A stretch of DNA of 64,000 nt. Origin: an uncultured Bacteroidota bacterium. GTDB taxonomy: Bacteria; Bacteroidota; Rhodothermia; Rhodothermales; DATKEJ01. Made by a program: the position numbers and the translations under genes. Positions 9,903-18,978 of the stretch are shown here, piece by piece (the first letter of the stretch is position 1; each line of letters opens with the position of its first letter). The DNA lies in the NCBI GenBank assembly GCA_963768715.1, contig CAVYJC010000010.1:151458-215457 (forward strand). Direction: 5' to 3'. The notes beneath the pieces are model-generated. The model worked only from the letters and a program-made list of their open reading frames with translations, had not been told where the DNA came from and did not search any database.

Positions 9903-10766
9903 ATGAAACTGCCCTTCGTACTTGCCAGGCGATTCGTAGCCGCAGAGAATCTCGACGACACTATTCCGGTGGTGAGGTCGCTCAATTCGAAGCGTCTTTT
10001 CGTAACGCTCGACCTGCTCGGTGAGTACGTGAGCGATCGCAAAATCGCCGCCGAAGCTACCGACGCGTACGTCGGCCTACTGATGAGAATTGCGGAAGAG
10101 CGTGCGGCGAGTCGTCTCGACGCGAACATTTCGATCAAGCTGTCGATGCTGGGTCAGAAGATCGACCCGAGTTTATGCTACGACAATCTGCTCAAGCTGC
10201 TTTCCGTAGCCACCGAAAAGGACATCTTCGTTCGACTCGACATGGAAGGATCCGATTTGACGGATTCGACCCTCAGCCTCTTCGAGAAAGCCTATCCGCA
10301 GCATCCCGACCACGTCGGTGTGGTACTTCAGGCCTATCTACATCGGACGGCAGACGACATTGCCCGCATGTGCGAGCTGAATGCGCGCGTACGCCTCTGT
10401 AAGGGCGCCTACAAGGAGCCGGCAAGCATTGCATATCAGGACATGCCCACGATTCGCGATCGATTCACCGACTACATGCAGCAGCTGATCGTCAATGCAC
10501 GGTACCCGGGAATTGCGACGCACGACGATATTCTGATTGCAGCGACGCGTGAATTTGTAAAAGCCAGGGACATCGCGCCGAATCGGTACGAATTTCAGAT
10601 GCTCTACGGCGTCAGACCGGTCACGCAGGAGCATATTGCGGCGGATGGCTATCGGATGCGCGTGTACGTCCCGTTCGGCACGCAGTGGCTCCCCTACTAC
10701 ATGCGCCGAATTCGTGAGCGCAAGGAGAACCTCTGGTTCATCGTGAAGAACTTCTTCCGAAAGTAG
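9903..10766 (+). CDS. proline dehydrogenase family protein
   Basis: 287 aa. 'DLLGEYV', 'ISIKLS.LG', 'VRLDMEGS', 'RLCKGAY' and 'EFQMLYG' are typical of monofunctional PRODH. Confidence 0.75.
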   Translation: MKLPFVLARRFVAAENLDDTIPVVRSLNSKRLFVTLDLLGEYVSDRKIAAEATDAYVGLLMRIAEERAASRLDANISIKLSMLGQKIDPSLCYDNLLKLLSVATEKDIFVRLDMEGSDLTDSTLSLFEKAYPQHPDHVGVVLQAYLHRTADDIARMCELNARVRLCKGAYKEPASIAYQDMPTIRDRFTDYMQQLIVNARYPGIATHDDILIAATREFVKARDIAPNRYEFQMLYGVRPVTQEHIAADGYRMRVYVPFGTQWLPYYMRRIRERKENLWFIVKNFFRK

Positions 10767-11775
10767 TCAGAGCTGTGCCTGCGCCGGGACCGTGTCTTCC
10801 TGCTCGGCGAGCCATCGCTCAGCGTCAATCGAGGCCATGCACCCCGTGCCCGCCGCCGTGATGGCCTGCCGGTAGATGCTGTCCTGTGCGTCTCCGCATG
10901 CGAACACGCCTTCGATATTCGTTCGCGTCGAACCAGCTTCCGTCTCGATATAGCCGACGGCGTCCATCTTCAGCCAGTCCTTGAACACGGCCGTATTGGG
11001 CTGATGCCCGATCGCGACGAAGAGACCCTCTACGCGGCAGATCCCGCTCCTCATTCGTCTTCAGGTCGAGCAGGCGCAAACCTTCAACCTGCTGCTCGCC
11101 GATTACGTCCTTAACCGCCGTGCTCCAGAGAAACGTGATCTTCGGATTGGCCATTGCCCGGTCCTGCATGATCTGCGATGCACGAAGCTCGTCTCTCCGG
11201 TGGATCACATACACGCGGCTGGCAAATCGGGTCAGAAACATCGCCTCTTCCATGGCGGTGTCACCGCCCCCGACAACCGCGACTTCCACGTCTCGGAAGA
11301 ACGCCCCGTCACACGTGGCGCACGCAGATACACCGCGACCCAGAAGACGTTTTTCGTTCGGAAGCCCCAAGTACACAGCTGATGCGCCGGTCGAAACAAT
11401 GACTGCATCTGCCGTGACCGGCGTCTCATCGTCGACGAGAAGCTTGAATGGGCGCTCGGAGAGATCGACCTGGGTGACCATTCCGTAGCGAACGTCCGCA
11501 CCAAACCGTACGGCCTGAGCCTCGAATTTCTCCATCATTTCCGGGCCCATAATGCCATCGGGAAATCCGGGATAGTTCTCGACGTCAGTCGTTGTCACCA
11601 GCTGTCCGCCCGGCTCCGGACCACGAAACACCACCGGTTTCAAATTGGCGCGCGCTGCGTAAACCGCCGCCGTAAAGCCAGCCGGACCGGTTCCGACAAT
11701 CACAACCGCATGGCGTTCCGCCTGCGAAAAATCGATCTCTTCCATTGATGCGAATGATCCGTTGGTATCGTGCAT
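10767..11775 (-). pseudogene. trxB: thioredoxin-disulfide reductase split by a 1-nt frameshift (or an assembly indel)
   Basis: The N-terminal 250 aa are in the 316-aa ORF ('VGTGPAGFTAA', 'CATCDG', 'VVGGGDTAMEEA'). The conserved C-terminus ('[12 protein letters not shown]', 'GVFACGD', '[14 protein letters not shown]') is in the 95-aa ORF in another frame. The junction lies at ~11031-11040. Confidence 0.85.
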
Positions 11776-11792
11776 AGGCTAAGCCGCTGCAG

Positions 11793-11833
11793 GATTAAAA
11801 TAAAGGGCCGAGACGAAGCGCCCCGGCCCTCTT
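11793..11833 (-). terminator. putative intrinsic terminator downstream of trxA
   Basis: The stem is AGGGCCG (11804-11810) paired with CGGCCCT (11824-11830). On the minus strand it is followed by TTTATTTTAATCC. Confidence 0.5.
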
Positions 11834-11870
11834 TGACGATCAAACGAGCGCAAAGTCGGCTCGCGCTGCC

Positions 11871-12218
11871 TCAGGACACGACGGACGCAAGCTGAGCCTC
11901 GAGCTTGTCGACCAGAACCTTCTTCGGTACTGCACCGATCACCTGATCCACGACCCGGCCGTCTTTGAAGACGAGCAGCGTGGGGATTGAGCGAATCCCA
12001 AAAGCATGTGGCGTCATGTGATTATGGTCGACGTCCATCTTGCCAATCTTGACGCGCCCCTCATACTCGGATGCAAGCTCTTCGATGATCGGAGCGATCA
12101 TCCTGCAGGGCGCGCACCAAACGGCCCAGAAATCAACCAACACCGGGACGTCACTTGCCAAAACCTCTGACTGGAAGGTGTCGTCACTGAGGACGACGTA
12201 CTTGCCATTATCTGCCAT
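11871..12218 (-). CDS. trxA: thioredoxin
   Basis: 115 aa with a 'WAVWCAPCR' active site (WCxPC) and the thioredoxin fold pattern. An AGGAG Shine-Dalgarno sequence lies upstream. Confidence 0.9.
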   Translation of the reverse strand: MADNGKYVVLSDDTFQSEVLASDVPVLVDFWAVWCAPCRMIAPIIEELASEYEGRVKIGKMDVDHNHMTPHAFGIRSIPTLLVFKDGRVVDQVIGAVPKKVLVDKLEAQLASVVS

Positions 12219-12306
12219 TTTATATCTCCTCTCTTATCTCATTTGCCACTAGGCACCTCATTATGCGCCAAGCAGTCACCTACTTAGTGTCGTTTTCTTT
12301 GAATTG

Positions 12307-14613
12307 TTACACGCGCTGCATCGCTTTTCGAATCGAATCGAAGTAAACGGCATGCATTTGCGGCACTGAGACGGACAGGGATCCCGACCCGCCGATCTCT
12401 ATGCTCAACTCAGGCCCAGGGGTCACGTCCCCAAGCCGTGTAATCTGTACGCCCTCATCGGGCGTGACGGTCCTTTCAATATCGTCAGCATCAGCTTTCG
12501 CGACCGTGAAAACGATTCGCGAATGATCCTCACCGAACAGCATGGCATCGAGCCGGCGATCTTCGACGTCGGGGAATCTAACGGCTGCCCCGACGCCGTT
12601 GCCTTGGAGCGTTTTCTCTGCGAGGCATACGGCGAGTCCCCCATCCGATACATCGTGCGCACTCTTCACCTGACCTGAGCGGATCAATGCGAGCATCTTC
12701 GACTGGACCGATTTTTCTTCTTCGAGATCCAATCTTGGCGCATCGCCTGCCGTCAGACCATGCATCGAAGCGAGATACTCCGATCCCCCTGTGCCTGAAG
12801 CGTATCGCCATTCGGCTGGTGAAAGAAGAAATATGACATCGCCGGGCTCTTTGAAGCTCGACGTCGTCGTATCTCGCTCTACGTCGTCTACGATACCGAG
12901 CATACCGATCGTCGGGGTCGGAAAGACGGCGCCTTCCGGATGCTCGTTGTAAAATGATACGTTGCCCCCCGTCACCGGGGTTCCGAAAGCGCGGCAGGCT
13001 TCGCCCATACCGGCAACGGCCTCAGTAAAGACCCAATACACCTCGGGCTTGTACGGATTCCCGAAGTTCAGGCAATTTGTGACTGCGACCGGCAATCCCC
13101 CGGAACAGACGACGTTTCGTGCTGCCTCGGCAACAGCCCCTTGCGCGCCTTTTCGCGGATTCAGATACACGTGCCGCCCGTTGCAATCCGTCTTGACGGC
13201 CAATCCCCTCTTCGTGTCCTTTATGCGGACGACGGCGGCATCGGACTTACCGGGTCCAACAATAGTGTTCGTTCGTACGGTCGTGTCGTACTGTTCGTGC
13301 ACCCAACTCTTGGAGGCGATGTTGGGCATCGACAGCATCTTCAGAAGGACCGGACCCACGTCCTCCGATCTCAGATCCGGAACCGATGCCTCCTCGAAGG
13401 CTTCCGTACGATCCAGATAGCCGGGTCGACGCGTCTCCCGGTGATAGACCGGGGCGCCGCCACCCAGAACGAGATGCTCGGCCGGCACTTCGGCAACAAG
13501 ATCGCCGTGCCAGAAGACGCGAACCTTGCCGTGCTCGCGTACCTCTCCAATGTGCACCGCGTGGAGGTCCCACTTTTCGAAAATCGCCGATAATTCGGCC
13601 TCGCGTCCTTTCTCGCAGACGATGAGCATGCGTTCCTGACTCTCGGACAGCATGATCTCGTAGGGGGTCATGTCGGCCTCGCGGATCGGCACGCGATCCA
13701 GATACAGGTCCATGCCGCTCTCCCCTTTCGCGCTCATCTCGCAAGACGAGCAGGTGATGCCGGCCGCCCCCATATCCTGCACACCGACGACGACGCCGCT
13801 GCCGATTACTTCGAGGGTTGCCTCGAGGAGAAGCTTCTCCATAAACGGGTCACCCACCTGGACGCTCGGCCTCCTCGCTTCACTTGCCTCAGAGATTTCC
13901 TCGGAAGCAAACGTGGCGCCATGAATGCCGTCGCGCCCTGTCGACGCGCCCACGATGAAGACCGGATTGCCGGGGCCCGAGGCCGTCGCCGTAGCGGTTT
14001 CGCCCACTCTCACCACGCCGACGCTCATCGCATTGACAAGCGGATTGCCCTCATACGCGGCATCGAAATAGACCTCCCCTGCCACAGTCGGGACGCCGAA
14101 CGAGTTGCCGTAGTCGCCGATCCCTCGGACGACGCCGTCAAAGAGATAGCGGACCCGCGGGTTACTCAAATCACCGAAGCGCAGCGAATCGAGCGATGCT
14201 ATCGGCCTGGCCCCCATGGTGAAGATGTCGCGGTGGATACCGCCGACGCCCGTAGCCGCTCCCTGATAGGGTTCCACGGCTGAGGGATGATTGTGGCTCT
14301 CGATCTTGAATGCAACGGCTAGACCTTCGCCAATATCGACGAGGCCCGCATTCTCCTCACCGGCTTCGGCCAGTAACGACGGACCACTGCGCGGCAAGGT
14401 CTTGAGGAGAGCGATTGAGTTTTTGTAGGAGCAATGTTCGCTCCACATCACCGAGTAGATTCCCAGCTCGACCCACGTGGGAGTCCTGCCGAGCCGCGCT
14501 ACGATCCAGCCGAATTCCTCCTCGGTGAGTCCGTGCTGAATAGCGAGTTCAAGATCGACCGAAGGGTCTGTCGGGGACGTGATGGGGGCGCTCAAGGCAG
14601 GGGTAGATTCCAT
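12307..14613 (-). CDS. purL: phosphoribosylformylglycinamidine synthase subunit PurL
   Basis: 768 aa with 'WSEHCSYK', '[23 protein letters not shown]' and duplicated PurM-like domains. Confidence 0.95.
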   Translation of the reverse strand: MESTPALSAPITSPTDPSVDLELAIQHGLTEEEFGWIVARLGRTPTWVELGIYSVMWSEHCSYKNSIALLKTLPRSGPSLLAEAGEENAGLVDIGEGLAVAFKIESHNHPSAVEPYQGAATGVGGIHRDIFTMGARPIASLDSLRFGDLSNPRVRYLFDGVVRGIGDYGNSFGVPTVAGEVYFDAAYEGNPLVNAMSVGVVRVGETATATASGPGNPVFIVGASTGRDGIHGATFASEEISEASEARRPSVQVGDPFMEKLLLEATLEVIGSGVVVGVQDMGAAGITCSSCEMSAKGESGMDLYLDRVPIREADMTPYEIMLSESQERMLIVCEKGREAELSAIFEKWDLHAVHIGEVREHGKVRVFWHGDLVAEVPAEHLVLGGGAPVYHRETRRPGYLDRTEAFEEASVPDLRSEDVGPVLLKMLSMPNIASKSWVHEQYDTTVRTNTIVGPGKSDAAVVRIKDTKRGLAVKTDCNGRHVYLNPRKGAQGAVAEAARNVVCSGGLPVAVTNCLNFGNPYKPEVYWVFTEAVAGMGEACRAFGTPVTGGNVSFYNEHPEGAVFPTPTIGMLGIVDDVERDTTTSSFKEPGDVIFLLSPAEWRYASGTGGSEYLASMHGLTAGDAPRLDLEEEKSVQSKMLALIRSGQVKSAHDVSDGGLAVCLAEKTLQGNGVGAAVRFPDVEDRRLDAMLFGEDHSRIVFTVAKADADDIERTVTPDEGVQITRLGDVTPGPELSIEIGGSGSLSVSVPQMHAVYFDSIRKAMQRV

Positions 14614-14681
14614 GCCTCAAAGTTACAAAGAGAGCGGCAATTCTGACGGCAAAAGGATGATCAAATCGCCGCCGGATCGCG

Positions 14682-15194
14682 CTAACGCAGCTTCTTGAGG
14701 ATCTTCTTTGCCCGCTTTATTCGACGATTCAGCTTCTTCATCCGATCGCGGGCATGCGACGCCTTCTTCTTGCTCATGCCTCGCATGCGCTTCTTGAGCT
14801 TCTTTCGTCGCTTGTCGGCGCGCTTAATCCCGGCCGCGAGCGCCTTGCGAGGTCCCTCGATGGGATCTCCGTTCTTGCTCGCCTGACGCGCGGCGCGCGC
14901 CAATTTCGACAAAGAGGGGGGCTTGTCTTTCTTTCCAGACCAGGCCTCTTCATTCCCGTCAGAAAGGTCGTTAATGGCGTCTCCGAAAACCCCGAGACCG
15001 TCCTTGAGGTACTGACGCCTCCAGTAGAGAACGCGCCCCGGTGAGAGATCCACCTTCTCTGCGATCTCGCTCGCCTTCATTCCCGCCTCGTAGAGAAGGA
15101 GCAGGCGGACGCGCTTTCGGATCGTTTCGGATGGATCAGAGGCGGCAAGCCTCTCGATGACAGGAAGATGTTCGGGCTGGATGAAGATGGTCAT
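14682..15194 (-). CDS. HTH-domain protein with a polybasic (Lys/Arg) C-terminal tail; paralog of the PPK N-terminal extension
   Basis: 170 aa. Residues 12-70 align without gaps to residues 12-70 of the adjacent PPK (26/59 identical by hand count). In the last 50 residues, 27 are K or R. Confidence 0.6.
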   Translation of the reverse strand: MTIFIQPEHLPVIERLAASDPSETIRKRVRLLLLYEAGMKASEIAEKVDLSPGRVLYWRRQYLKDGLGVFGDAINDLSDGNEEAWSGKKDKPPSLSKLARAARQASKNGDPIEGPRKALAAGIKRADKRRKKLKKRMRGMSKKKASHARDRMKKLNRRIKRAKKILKKLR

Positions 15195-15204
15195 AGGCTG
15201 CCGC

Positions 15205-17592
15205 TTATTCTTTCACGTTTGACGTATGCCGGAGAAAATGCTCCTGGCAATTGAGAGAGTCCTCCAAAGGGTCCAAATCGGGTCGTGCGAACGAGCCGTC
15301 AGACTGCATGATACGTACCTTCTGGTTGTCGGCAAGATACGTTGTCAGGATTGAGTCTTTGAGTCGCCGAATCATGTCGCGATCCTCGATCGGAAATAGA
15401 ATCTCGACTCGACGGTTAAGATTGCGAGGCATCATATCGGCGCTTCCGAGATAGATAACCTCGTTTCCTGCATTTCGGAAGTAGTAAATGCGGCTGTGCT
15501 CGAGAAATCGTCCGACGATGCTCCGTACGGTAATGTTGTCGCTGACACCCGGCAGACCGGGACGCAGACAACACACGCCGCGGACGATCAGCTCGACGCG
15601 AACTCCTGCCTGGGACGCCTCGTAAAGCAGCCGGATTATTCCACTATCGACGAGCGAGTTCATTTTGAACACCAAATGGCCCCCGCGTCCCGCCTTCTGA
15701 TGATCGATCTCGCGCTTGATGAGCTCCTCCATCTTGAGCCGGAGCGACACAGGAGCCACGAACAGCTTCCTATAGGTCTTCTGCGCGGAATACCCCGTGA
15801 GAAAATTGAAGAGGTCGGTCGCGTCGGCGCCGATGTCCGGATCAGCGGTGAAGTAGCCGAGATCCTCATACAGGCGAGCCGTGACCGAGTTATAGTTGCC
15901 AGTCGCCAGATGGATATATCGCCGGATGTGCTCCCCCTCCGATCTCACCACCAGTGCAATCTTCGAGTGCGTCTTTAGTCCGAGCAGTCCATAGATCACG
16001 TGTACGCCGGCGTCTTCGAGGACCTTCGCCCAGCCAATGTTGCTTTCCTCGTCGAACCGCGCCTTGAGTTCGACCAGCACGGTCACCTGTTTGCCATTTT
16101 CCCGTGCGTGAAGCAGCGCTTCCACGACTGGCGAGTTTCTTCCGACCCGATAGAGCGTCTGTTTGATCGCGAGCACGTGCGGATCGTGTGCTGCTTCCTC
16201 GAGGAAAGTGATAACGGGGTCGAACGACTCGTATGGCTGATGAAGGAGGAAGTTTTGCTTCCTGATTGCGCTGAATATGTCTGCGTCGCGCACGTCGGTG
16301 CGCAAGGCATCGGGCGTCGTCGGAAGGAATGGAGAATAGAGCAGGTCGAATCGATCCACCTTCCGCCCGAGGTTGAATAGCGAGCTCAAACCAAGCGGCC
16401 CTTCCAGTACGTAGGCATCACGACGATCCATTGCCAGGTTCTCCGACAGGATCTGGCGCAAATCTTCGGGCATCGACGGATTCACCGATACACGGACGAC
16501 CGATCCGAAACGTCGTTTCCTGACACTCTGCTCAACAGATTCGAGTAGATCGGCGGCCTCCAGCTCCTGGATCGCCATGTCGGCATTCCGCGTCACGCGA
16601 AACGGGTGACTTTCGACGACCTCAATGCCGGGGAACAGGGCGCCCAGGTTCGTGGCGATGACCTGCTCGGTCCATACGAAATAGTGGTCGTACGGTACCG
16701 TACCGTCTTTCCGGACGCTGCCCGATGACCTCTTTACGGGGATGAGCCTGGGTATCGAACCGGGCACTTTCAGCCGCGCAAAATGCGTCTGGCCATCGGG
16801 TTTCCTGACCCGCACGGCAAGGTTCAAACTCAGGTTCGAAATGTGTGGAAAGGGGTGACCCGGATCGAACGCCATTGGCGTGAGCACGGGGAAAATGTTC
16901 TGATCGAAATAGTCCTTCGCAACCAACTTCTGCCTTTCAGTCAGCTCATCGTAATTGCTTATGTGGATGCCATTGCGATCCAGCTCGGGCAGCAGATCAT
17001 GAAGGAGAACGCGTCGTGATTCGATCATGAGCTCGTGGGCGACCTTTCGGATGGCGGCCACCTGCTCGGCGGGCGTCATCGCGTCGGGTGACGAATCAGC
17101 GATTCCGGCCTCGATTTGCATCCTCAAACCCCCGACGCGCACCATGAAGAACTCATCCAGGTTCGATGCCACAATGCCAATGAACTTGACTCGCTCGAGG
17201 AGTGGATTACCCGGGTCCTTGGCCTCGTCGAGCACGCGCCGCTGAAACTCCAAGAGACTCAACTCGCGGTTGAGGTAGAGTTTGGGGTCATACAGGCTGA
17301 TCACCCGCTTCGATGAATCCGCCGACCGATCCACTGATGGGCGCCCGTCTCCACCGAACTCGATGTCATCGAGCACCTTCTGAAACATCTCGAGACCATC
17401 CGAAAGGAAGGTCCGTCGCCAGTGGCGGACGCGGGCAGGCGACATGTCAAGCTCGTCTGCTATCTGCTGGGTGCCGTGGCCATCCTGATAGAGCAGAAGC
17501 ACCATGGCGCGCCGGCGTGCGGCCTCGTCGGAGGTGTTCTCCGCGAGGCGAGACAGTGTCGCCTTGTCGCGTTCACTCAGAAGCTCGCTCAT
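15205..17592 (-). CDS. ppk: polyphosphate kinase 1 with a ~100-aa N-terminal HTH extension
   Basis: 795 aa. The canonical PPK1 core starts at ~residue 105 ('YLNRELSLLEFQRRVL', 'SNLDEFFMVRV'). The autophosphorylated His region 'GLKTHSKIALVVR' and two PLD-like C-domains are present. Confidence 0.95.
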   Translation of the reverse strand: MSELLSERDKATLSRLAENTSDEAARRRAMVLLLYQDGHGTQQIADELDMSPARVRHWRRTFLSDGLEMFQKVLDDIEFGGDGRPSVDRSADSSKRVISLYDPKLYLNRELSLLEFQRRVLDEAKDPGNPLLERVKFIGIVASNLDEFFMVRVGGLRMQIEAGIADSSPDAMTPAEQVAAIRKVAHELMIESRRVLLHDLLPELDRNGIHISNYDELTERQKLVAKDYFDQNIFPVLTPMAFDPGHPFPHISNLSLNLAVRVRKPDGQTHFARLKVPGSIPRLIPVKRSSGSVRKDGTVPYDHYFVWTEQVIATNLGALFPGIEVVESHPFRVTRNADMAIQELEAADLLESVEQSVRKRRFGSVVRVSVNPSMPEDLRQILSENLAMDRRDAYVLEGPLGLSSLFNLGRKVDRFDLLYSPFLPTTPDALRTDVRDADIFSAIRKQNFLLHQPYESFDPVITFLEEAAHDPHVLAIKQTLYRVGRNSPVVEALLHARENGKQVTVLVELKARFDEESNIGWAKVLEDAGVHVIYGLLGLKTHSKIALVVRSEGEHIRRYIHLATGNYNSVTARLYEDLGYFTADPDIGADATDLFNFLTGYSAQKTYRKLFVAPVSLRLKMEELIKREIDHQKAGRGGHLVFKMNSLVDSGIIRLLYEASQAGVRVELIVRGVCCLRPGLPGVSDNITVRSIVGRFLEHSRIYYFRNAGNEVIYLGSADMMPRNLNRRVEILFPIEDRDMIRRLKDSILTTYLADNQKVRIMQSDGSFARPDLDPLEDSLNCQEHFLRHTSNVKE

Positions 17593-17777
17593 GATCGCTT
17601 GTCCGGACAGGAAAGCTTAAACCTAATCATCGGTGGTATTACAATTTAGGTCAGGGCGCCGAGTCGGGTAAGAACGTTTTAGGGCGTCCCGGGTTCAACG
17701 CGTCGACCATTCAATGAGTGGTCGCTGAAACTTACCTTCCTGAATCTTTTTCATCTGCTCGCGGCCTTTTCGACTCT

Positions 17778-18962
17778 ATGGCGATCTTCGTTACAGATCC
17801 CTCGGAAGACAGCAAGGTGCCTTTCCTTCGAGGCATCCTGACCCGTTCGCTACAGCAGGCGGGGATGGAATTCGAAGAGGCCTACGAGATTGCGGACCGC
17901 GTCCGTGACTCACTTGGATCAGACGCCGAGATTACCTCCGGTCAGCTCTCCAAACTGGTAGCGAAGCAGCTTCAGGAGTTGGGGCACTCCGAAATCGCGA
18001 AGCGATATCTGAAGCGATCGGTGCCATTGAATCGGATCACCGTACTCGATCGTGACGGACTGCCGCAGCCGTTCTCTAAGGCAAGATTGTCACAGGGTCT
18101 GGAAACCTGTGCGCTTTCGGAGGCCCGCTGCTACGCCATTACGGCGCATATCGAGCAGACCCTTCTTCAGCGGGGTATTCGGGAAATTCAATCGCGCGAG
18201 TTGATCCGGCTCACCTACGAGTACCTTCTCCGCCAAGAATCGAAGGAAGTGGCAAGACGCTATCTGGTCTGGTTCGAGTTCTCCCGGAGCGGCCGACCCC
18301 TTGTGTTGCTGATCGGCGGAACAACCGGGTCGGGCAAGAGCACGATCGGAGCGGAGATCGCGCACCGGCTGAACATCATCCGCACGCAGTCGACCGATCT
18401 TCTCCGCGAGGTGATGCGGCTGATGGTGCCCGAACGTCTGCTGCCCGCTCTGCACACGTCGTCGTTCAGCGCATGGAAGACACTGCCGACCGCGGAAGAC
18501 TTGACCGAGCCGACGTTAAATGGCGATTTCGAGCAGGGCTTCCTGATTCAGGCAAGCCAGGTCGGCGTTGCCATAGAAGGCGTCGTGAGTCGAGCGGAAA
18601 CGGAGCAGATATCGTTGATACTGGAGGGGGTGCACGTACATCCCGCCCTCCAGAACAATATTCGGAGTACATCAGGCGTCATCGTCGTACCAATTCTGCT
18701 TGCCGTGCTGAAGCGAAAGCAGCTTCGAAAACAACTCAAGGGGCGCGGCCATCAGGTCTCGACGCGGCGCGCCGAGCGCTATTTGGAACACTTCGATGAA
18801 ATCTGGCACCTGCAGAGCTTTCTCCTGCGGGAAGCAGACCGTTTCAATATCCCGATTATCTCCAATACCGATCAGGATGAAACGATCAAGAGCATCATGA
18901 CGACCATTGTGGATCGACTCTCCGAAGAATTTGCCGGAGATCCGAAGCAGATGCTCGGCTGA
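17778..18962 (+). CDS. two tandem ATP-cone domains fused to a P-loop kinase (2-phosphoglycerate kinase-like, COG2074-type)
   Basis: Two ATP-cone-like segments are visible ('IFVTDPSEDSKVPFLRGIL...', 'ITVLDRDGLPQPFSKARL...'), followed by the Walker A 'GGTTGSGKST'. The track start at 17718 is a GTG; the ATG at 17778 is preferred. Confidence 0.6.
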   Translation: MAIFVTDPSEDSKVPFLRGILTRSLQQAGMEFEEAYEIADRVRDSLGSDAEITSGQLSKLVAKQLQELGHSEIAKRYLKRSVPLNRITVLDRDGLPQPFSKARLSQGLETCALSEARCYAITAHIEQTLLQRGIREIQSRELIRLTYEYLLRQESKEVARRYLVWFEFSRSGRPLVLLIGGTTGSGKSTIGAEIAHRLNIIRTQSTDLLREVMRLMVPERLLPALHTSSFSAWKTLPTAEDLTEPTLNGDFEQGFLIQASQVGVAIEGVVSRAETEQISLILEGVHVHPALQNNIRSTSGVIVVPILLAVLKRKQLRKQLKGRGHQVSTRRAERYLEHFDEIWHLQSFLLREADRFNIPIISNTDQDETIKSIMTTIVDRLSEEFAGDPKQMLG

Positions 18963-18978
18963 ATCCACCTATTGATAT

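Noticed and set aside
17593-17777. Looked for a second phased GTTA/TTAACA Pho-box-like array in the ppk / 2PGK divergent promoter region, and also in 22258-22328 upstream of DUF47-pit
   Set aside because: Only a 6-bp inverted repeat (ACCTAA...TTAGGT) was seen, with no 11-bp-phased direct repeats. No regulatory call is made there.
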